From: Arcobacteraceae bacterium
GTDB lineage: Bacteria > Campylobacterota > Campylobacteria > Campylobacterales > Arcobacteraceae
Length of the DNA stretch: 64,000 nt
Assembly (NCBI GenBank): GCA_965224485.1
Contig: CBDCZH010000018.1
Location: 1 to 64,000 of the forward strand
Direction of reading: 5' to 3'
Of the stretch, positions 58,297 through 64,000 are shown in pieces (the first letter of the stretch is position 1; each line of letters starts with the position of its first letter). Both the position numbers and the translations under genes were made by a program. The notes beneath the pieces are model-generated. The model was not told the origin of the DNA, did not search any database, and saw only the letters and a list, made by a program, of their open reading frames with translations.

Positions 58297-60736
58297 AAAT
58301 TTCCTTCTTATTATTTGGTATTAAACTTAGAGCTATGGTAATTATTATTACAAATATATAAAAATAAACCATTGCACTAACCCCACTTAATTGAAAATAA
58401 TTTCCTAGTTGAAAAACTCCTATAGAAAAAAATAAGCCTAAAAACATTGGGTAAATAATAGCAAAAATCATCCACTTATAAGAATTACTTTGAACTTTTA
58501 TCATTATCATTGTAGCAATACAAGGAGGAGTTAAAGCCATAAAAATTATAATAGCAACAGCTCCTAATTGACTATAAGCATTTGAGCTTTTAATAGAATT
58601 TGCATCTGTGTCTTTATTGCTTTCGTAAATTGCTCCAATAGTTGATACAGAACTTTCTCTTGCCGCAAATGAAGATAAAAATGCTACATTTATTTTCCAG
58701 TCAAAACCAGCATATTTCGTAACAGGAACAAAAAACTTACCCATAGCACCTAAAGCTGAGTTTTCAACTTTTTCATTTTTTATTTCACGAAAAAGTCTTT
58801 TTCTTATTTTTAAGAGTTTCTTCAATGCGTTGTTTATTTTTCTTGCTTCTTTATTTCTTTTAGGTTTGACAAAGGTAAAAAATACTGCATTTTTATTTTT
58901 ATAATATGCATCAATCTTTAAAGCTGTAGTTTTACTTTTAGTATTCATTTTTTCTTTTTTATAAGATGAATAATAATTTATTAAAGCTTTTAATTCTTCT
59001 TCTTCATTTACATACTTAGAGTATTTATTATTATTTGTTTTTTTATAAAAAGTTTCTTCCATAAGAGTAGCTTTATTATCAAAATGGATTTTTTTCTCTT
59101 TAGATATTCCAGGAAATTGAATAAGTACAAATAATACTACTGCAACAGCTGCAACTATAGTTACAATCTTTTTTAAATATAAATAAATTCTATCAAATAC
59201 TTTTCCTAAAAGACCTCTTAGTGTTGGTAAATGATAAGAAGGAAGTTCCATTATAAAAGGTGTGCTTTCATGTGCTCGTAATACAGTTAGAGTTAAAAGT
59301 TTTGAAACAATTAGAGCTATAAAAATAGTAATAGTTGAAATTAAGAACATCATTAAAGCTAAGTTTTCTTTAAAGAAAGCAACTAAGATTAGAGTAAAAA
59401 AAGGAATTTTAGCTAAACAGTTCATCAAAGGAACGGTTAGCATTGTAGCCATTTGTGCTTTTTTATCATTCATTCCTTTTGTTGCCATAACTCCAGGAAC
59501 TGCACAACCTCCTGCAAAAATACCACCTAAAACTAGAGGAAGAGTTGATTCTCCATGCAAACCAAAACGTACAAAAATTCTATCTAAAATAAAAGCCATT
59601 CTTGGCATATATCCTATGTTTTCAAGTAAAGCAATTAAAAAGAATAATATGAAAAATATAGGTAAATAATTTAAAAGAGCATTAACACTATTTATCATCC
59701 ATAGAGCAAACTGAGTAATATAAGGAATACTAGCAATGTTTTCATTAGGAAAAAATGAAATAAGTGAATTCTTAATCCAGGCTAAAATAGGCCAGGTATA
59801 GTTTGTAAGTTCATAACCATATACTATGGATAATTGGTATAAAGTATAAATAATAAGAGCTAAAATTGGAAGAGCTAGGTATTTATTTAATACAATATTA
59901 TCAATTTTATCACTTATTGTTTTTTCTTTTGTTTTATTTTGAATAACACAAGCACTTACGAACTCATCAGCTTTTTCATAGCGAATTTTAACTATATATG
60001 AATGAGCAGTTATATTATATCTTTCTTTAAAACCTTTTTGGTATTCAAGAATTTTTGATAAAATCAAAGCAGAATTAGCTGATTTTTCTTTTATTATTTT
60101 TATAATTTCTGTATCATTTTCAAAGAGTTTTACAGCTAAATAGTGTTTTGAAACATCTAAAGATTCTATATGTATTAAATCTTTAATTTTATTTATATAC
60201 TTTTGTAAGTTTTTATAATCAATAATATTTGAAATATATAAATTTTTATTATCTTTTACTTCATGAATAGCATCTTTTAGTGAGCTAAGACCCTCTTTTT
60301 TACTAGCAATTGTTTTAACTATTTTTGCTTTAGTTAAAGTTTCTAGTTTTTTAAAATCAAATTTATAGCCATTTGTTTTTGCTACATCTAACATATTAAA
60401 AGCAAAAACTATAGGTTTTTGCATATCAAATAACTGCATACTTAAATAAAGGTTTCTTTTTATATTTGATGAATCTATAGTATTTACAATAATATGCGTA
60501 TTTTCATTTAAAATATAATCTCTTGTGATTTTCTCTTCACTTGAAAAAGAGGAAAAAGAGTATGTTCCTGGTAAGTCAATTACATTTATTTTTTCATTTT
60601 TATGGGAATAAACACCACTCTTTTTATCAATTGTAACACCTGGATAATTTGCAATTTGCTGTTTTATATTTGTAAGCATATTAAATATACTAGATTTTCC
60701 ACAATTAGGTTGTCCTACAAGTGCAATATTATGCAT
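58289..60736 (-). CDS. feoB: Ferrous iron transporter B
   Basis: GQPNCGKS, NYPGVT, DLPGTYS, NMLD, GYMPRMAF, PFIMELPSY and PPCIAT motifs. Confidence 0.96.
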   Translation of the reverse strand: MHNIALVGQPNCGKSSIFNMLTNIKQQIANYPGVTIDKKSGVYSHKNEKINVIDLPGTYSFSSFSSEEKITRDYILNENTHIIVNTIDSSNIKRNLYLSMQLFDMQKPIVFAFNMLDVAKTNGYKFDFKKLETLTKAKIVKTIASKKEGLSSLKDAIHEVKDNKNLYISNIIDYKNLQKYINKIKDLIHIESLDVSKHYLAVKLFENDTEIIKIIKEKSANSALILSKILEYQKGFKERYNITAHSYIVKIRYEKADEFVSACVIQNKTKEKTISDKIDNIVLNKYLALPILALIIYTLYQLSIVYGYELTNYTWPILAWIKNSLISFFPNENIASIPYITQFALWMINSVNALLNYLPIFFILFFLIALLENIGYMPRMAFILDRIFVRFGLHGESTLPLVLGGIFAGGCAVPGVMATKGMNDKKAQMATMLTVPLMNCLAKIPFFTLILVAFFKENLALMMFLISTITIFIALIVSKLLTLTVLRAHESTPFIMELPSYHLPTLRGLLGKVFDRIYLYLKKIVTIVAAVAVVLFVLIQFPGISKEKKIHFDNKATLMEETFYKKTNNNKYSKYVNEEEELKALINYYSSYKKEKMNTKSKTTALKIDAYYKNKNAVFFTFVKPKRNKEARKINNALKKLLKIRKRLFREIKNEKVENSALGAMGKFFVPVTKYAGFDWKINVAFLSSFAARESSVSTIGAIYESNKDTDANSIKSSNAYSQLGAVAIIIFMALTPPCIATMIMIKVQSNSYKWMIFAIIYPMFLGLFFSIGVFQLGNYFQLSGVSAMVYFYIFVIIITIALSLIPNNKKEIYD

Positions 60737-60953
60737 AAATAACTTCTATATATCTTGATTCTTGAACTCTAAGAGTGATGTTATAAGATAATATTTCTAC
60801 TTCAATAGGATCTTGCAAGGGTGATCTTCTTATTAGTTTAAGTTTATTGCCTTCAATAAATCCCATATCATATAGTTTTTGTAAAAGTTTAGAACTAGCT
60901 GTAATTTTACTAATTACAGCTGTTTTATTAAGTTCTATTTGATTTAATGTCAT
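60729..60953 (-). CDS. feoA: Ferrous iron transport protein A
   Basis: KLYDMGF and RRSPLQDPIE...ITLR motifs. Confidence 0.93.
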   Translation of the reverse strand: MTLNQIELNKTAVISKITASSKLLQKLYDMGFIEGNKLKLIRRSPLQDPIEVEILSYNITLRVQESRYIEVIYA

Positions 60954-60996
60954 TTTTTCCTCTTTATCTCTTTATCATAAATCAATCTCTACTTCT

Positions 60997-62538
60997 TTAT
61001 TCTTCAAAAAAGTCTTTTTTAATTTTAAAAGCTAAGTAAATAAATAAAAGACCTATTATAATAAGCGCTAGGTCTGTATAGAAAACTTCCCATATCTCTA
61101 AGTCATAAGTTCTGCTCATTGTAAAACCAGAAAAATAATTATGATTTATACTTGCTAGTATAAATAAAATACCTGATGAAATAAAGGTATATTTACTTAA
61201 GTTATAAAAAGATTTATTTAGTAATATATAAATTAATATAAAAAGAAATACCAAATAAAATAGTATCTCATGGGAATAATAAAGTGTTTCTTTATATGTA
61301 AAATACAAATATGATTTCGGAATTAACCAAGATGTAAAAAATAATAGTGATGTACTTAAAATTGAACCCATAATAATTGTAAAAATTAAAGGTTTAATAA
61401 CTTTTGTTGAAAATGCATCTTTGGCAGCTCTTTTCATCCATAATAAGGCAGAAAAAATTAAACCAAATAAAATTCCAATAGATAAAAAAGCAAAAATAAT
61501 TCTAGGTATATCTTCAAATGTTCTTAGATAATGCAAGTAAAATAGGGCATCTAATGTTTTTTCTGTAAAAGTACCATCTTTTGCTGTTTTTTTATCAAGT
61601 ACTTTTCCTGTATTTGCATTTAATACTATATATGTTTCATTTGTCATTGAAGATATAAAAATATTTCTAGGTTCAAATCCAATAAATTTTACACGTGCAT
61701 TAATATCATTATAATTATAAACTTGCATTTCATAAAAACTTATATTTTCAAACTCTTCTTTAGCTTTTACATATAAAGTATTTAAATTTATAGATTTAAC
61801 TTCTTTAGTACTTTTTATCTTTTTTAAATCTAAGTCTTGAAGAATATTCTTATCTAAGGCTAAAATATTCATAGTCTCACCCTTAGATAAATAATTAGTA
61901 ATAAGAGGGGAGCTATATACTCCTAAATTAAACAAAGCGCCAGTAAGACCAAACATAAATACTAAAGGAAGAGAATAAAGGAGTATTAATCTATGATATT
62001 TAGCTAAAAAGGCCTTAGCTGTTTTAGTTTTAGTGTTTCTATATGAATTTTTTATAATTAAGAATATTCCTGATAAACATAAAAATACAATAGCAACAGA
62101 AGCAAAACCAAACAATATTCTAATAAGTAGTGAGTTAAATATCCATCCTCTATGAATACTATCAAAGAATTTTGAGATTCTAAAAGATTTGATTCTTATT
62201 TTCTTACAACTATTAGGGTTTAGGAAAAAATTTGGTCTATTTTTAACTTGTATTAAATTAGTTGAACTAATTTCTTTTGATGGAAAATACAATTTAATTA
62301 CATCATTTGATAGTTTTTTTCCATTTTCACCAAAATAAGTTCTTTTAATAATTTGTTTAAAACACTTATTTAAATTAATATCTTCAATATTAACTTCTTT
62401 AATATGCATTTTTTTATCTTCCCAAATATTAATATAAGGTTGAAATATTGTCAAAATACCAAAAAATAAAGAGATAAAAAAGAATAAAATAACATTTATT
62501 CCTATCAACTTGTGAATATTAAATAATTTCTTTTTCAT
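60997..62538 (-). CDS. PepSY-associated TM helix protein
   Basis: LFNIHKLIG, SIHRG, KYHRLI...MFGLTGA and FYLHY; likely start MKKKLF at 62538. Confidence 0.8.
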   Translation of the reverse strand: MKKKLFNIHKLIGINVILFFFISLFFGILTIFQPYINIWEDKKMHIKEVNIEDINLNKCFKQIIKRTYFGENGKKLSNDVIKLYFPSKEISSTNLIQVKNRPNFFLNPNSCKKIRIKSFRISKFFDSIHRGWIFNSLLIRILFGFASVAIVFLCLSGIFLIIKNSYRNTKTKTAKAFLAKYHRLILLYSLPLVFMFGLTGALFNLGVYSSPLITNYLSKGETMNILALDKNILQDLDLKKIKSTKEVKSINLNTLYVKAKEEFENISFYEMQVYNYNDINARVKFIGFEPRNIFISSMTNETYIVLNANTGKVLDKKTAKDGTFTEKTLDALFYLHYLRTFEDIPRIIFAFLSIGILFGLIFSALLWMKRAAKDAFSTKVIKPLIFTIIMGSILSTSLLFFTSWLIPKSYLYFTYKETLYYSHEILFYLVFLFILIYILLNKSFYNLSKYTFISSGILFILASINHNYFSGFTMSRTYDLEIWEVFYTDLALIIIGLLFIYLAFKIKKDFFEE

Positions 62539-62540
62539 TT

Positions 62541-62834
62541 TTATCCTAAAAATTGTATAAATGAGAATAGAATTATAAAAGGAATAATAAATTTTATAAT
62601 TGCAGTGATTTTCTTTTCTGACATAATAATCCATAAGGCAAAAGCAGACCAAAGTATTGGAAGTATAATAATAACAAGTACGATATTTTCAAATATTGAA
62701 AAAAGTAAAAAATATGATATTAGGCATATAAGAGTATAAGCATTAATAAGACCACCTAAAAAAGCGCATAAAAATCTTATACTTCCTATGTTAGCATTTT
62801 TGTCTTTTTCTAAAAGTGATTTTCTAAAATTCAA
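62541..62834 (-). CDS. Small iron-uptake-associated membrane protein (DUF3649-like, 3 TM)
   Basis: RFLCAFLGG followed by three hydrophobic segments; TTG start with AAGGG RBS; precedes the PepSY-TM gene. Confidence 0.65.
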   Translation of the reverse strand: MNFRKSLLEKDKNANIGSIRFLCAFLGGLINAYTLICLISYFLLFSIFENIVLVIIILPILWSAFALWIIMSEKKITAIIKFIIPFIILFSFIQFLG

Positions 62835-62861
62835 TTTTTCCCTTTTCTTTTCTTCTTTTAG

Positions 62862-62888
62862 TAATAATTATTTTGATAATGATAATCG
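62862..62888. promoter_or_regulatory. Fur-type box(es) upstream of the PepSY-feo operon
   Basis: TAATAATTATTTTGATAATGATAATCG contains a GATAATGATAATC match to the classical Fur consensus. Confidence 0.6.
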
Positions 62889-62909
62889 AATACTTATGAA
62901 TAAGTTCTT

Positions 62910-62950
62910 AAATAAATACCTCTCATGACAAGCATGAAAGATATTTATTA
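62910..62950 (-). terminator. Hairpin after the second TonB-dependent receptor
   Basis: AATAAATACCTCTCATG ACAAG CATGAAAGATATTTATT imperfect inverted repeat. Confidence 0.6.
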
Positions 62951-62959
62951 AATAAATTC

Positions 62960-64000
62960 TTAGAATTTATATGTAGCAGTTAATTTGAAAGTTCTTTCTT
63001 GGATAGGAGATAATGAAACACTATCTGTATATCCTCCTGTTGTTGCTTTTTTATTAAATAAATTGTAAATATTTAATGATATATTCCACTTATCTAATTG
63101 TGTAGCTATCATTGCATCAGCTAAGGTATAAGATTTAGCTGTAAACTTCTCTAGTCCATAATTTCCAGGGAAAACATGTGCTGGATTTAAGTTATCACCT
63201 TGGTAAGAACTAAGCTCTCCAATATATTTAATACCAGCACCTATCTTAATTTTTCCAAGTTTTGATTTTGAGAAAGTATAATCAGTCCAAAGAGAAGCAG
63301 TTAATTCTGGAACTCTTGATACACTTTTACCTTTTAAGAATGAATAACCAGCTTTTTTATACTCAGAATGTAATTTAGCAAGAGAAAATACAAGATTAAG
63401 ATTTTCTAAAGGGCTAGCTGTAATATTAAGCTCAATACCTTTTACATTTTGTTCGGAATCTTGAATCTTAAAACTTGTATCATTAGGATCTACTTCAACA
63501 GCATCTTCTAAGCTTAAGTCAAAAATAGATAAAGTTGCAAACATATTAATATTTTCTGGTCTATATTTTATTCCTGTTTCAATTTGTTTCCCAGTTGAAG
63601 GTTTAAATGCACTTCCACTCTTTGTTGTTCCAAAGTTTGTTTGAAAAGATGTAGAGTAAGAAACATATGGAGACATTCCATTATCCATTAAATATATTAA
63701 ACCTACACGTCCTGAAATATTATCATCTTTTTGAGTATTCTTAGAACCACTTATTTCATTTTCTATTTTGTCATTTATTTTGTCATATCTTAATGATGTA
63801 GATAAAACATACTTAGAATTTATTTTCATATTATTAGAAGCATACAAGCCCAGTTGTGTAATATCTTGATTCTCTTTTGTACTTAATAAATTTGTTCTTG
63901 TAATTTTTTGATGTGGATTTGGATTTTTTAAATTATATACATATGCCACAGGTTTTGTTCTTTGTTTTTTACCCTTAGATTTTTGTATATCTAATCCAAA
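62960..64000 (-). CDS. TonB-dependent siderophore receptor, C-terminal part (FhuA/FoxA-like; N-terminus outside the window)
   Basis: SGRVGLIY, SPYVSYSTSF, GKQIETGIKY, NIYNLFNK and terminal TATYKF. Confidence 0.9.
   Translation of the reverse strand, partial: FGLDIQKSKGKKQRTKPVAYVYNLKNPNPHQKITRTNLLSTKENQDITQLGLYASNNMKINSKYVLSTSLRYDKINDKIENEISGSKNTQKDDNISGRVGLIYLMDNGMSPYVSYSTSFQTNFGTTKSGSAFKPSTGKQIETGIKYRPENINMFATLSIFDLSLEDAVEVDPNDTSFKIQDSEQNVKGIELNITASPLENLNLVFSLAKLHSEYKKAGYSFLKGKSVSRVPELTASLWTDYTFSKSKLGKIKIGAGIKYIGELSSYQGDNLNPAHVFPGNYGLEKFTAKSYTLADAMIATQLDKWNISLNIYNLFNKKATTGGYTDSVSLSPIQERTFKLTATYKF

Noticed and set aside
584..59669. Numerous short antisense or overlapping ORFs in the track (e.g. 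584-838, 9292-9534, 16956-17258, 53068-53457, 59262-59669)
   Set aside because: They are shadow ORFs opposite well-supported genes, with no motifs or RBS support.
52514..62934. Shared 11-mer CATGACAAGCA in two intergenic regions (about 52514 and 62924)
   Set aside because: Too short, and only one copy sits in a clear hairpin; it could be chance.
1..64000. CRISPR arrays, tRNA/rRNA genes, prophage, intact IS elements
   Set aside because: No regularly spaced direct repeats, cloverleaf-like GC-rich segments, phage genes, integrases or catalytically intact transposases were seen by eye.

Overview
Very AT-rich chromosomal segment of a Campylobacterota bacterium, most consistent with Arcobacteraceae. 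This rests on the diheme cytochrome c1, the lone atpB, the HIT/pheS/accA neighbourhood and the FecIR-type ECF system; the taxonomy is inference. From 1 to about 44.5 kb it is mostly housekeeping: aroA-pheT-pheS, accA-fabF-acpP-fabG, moeA, rsmE, petABC, thrC, argB, addA/recB-like, atpB, ilvA, trmD-rplS, coaX-hisG and trpS. Interspersed accessory modules are: (i) an LsrK-like AI-2 kinase coupled to a class II aldolase, with no other lsr genes in the window; (ii) a nucleosidase / spore-photoproduct-lyase-like radical SAM / DedA / SDR operon; (iii) a DUF2249-like / membrane protein / DUF59 operon behind a perfect FNR-type box; (iv) three c-di-GMP enzymes. From about 47 to 64 kb lies an iron-acquisition island: a Vibrio TonB2-type ttpBC-exbBD-tonB-TPR operon, FecIR plus a TonB-dependent receptor, PepSY-TM proteins, an unusual feoAB operon and a second receptor. 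The island carries several Fur-like boxes and two copies of a candidate ECF promoter (TGTCCG-N16-CGT). At its edge is an intact but catalytically degenerate IS1016/IS1595-derived ORF behind a perfect Fur-type palindrome. Single-base indels, mostly in homopolymers, break pheT, the aldolase, a histidine kinase, tonB and ttpB; these are most likely assembly errors. No rRNA, tRNA or CRISPR array was seen.
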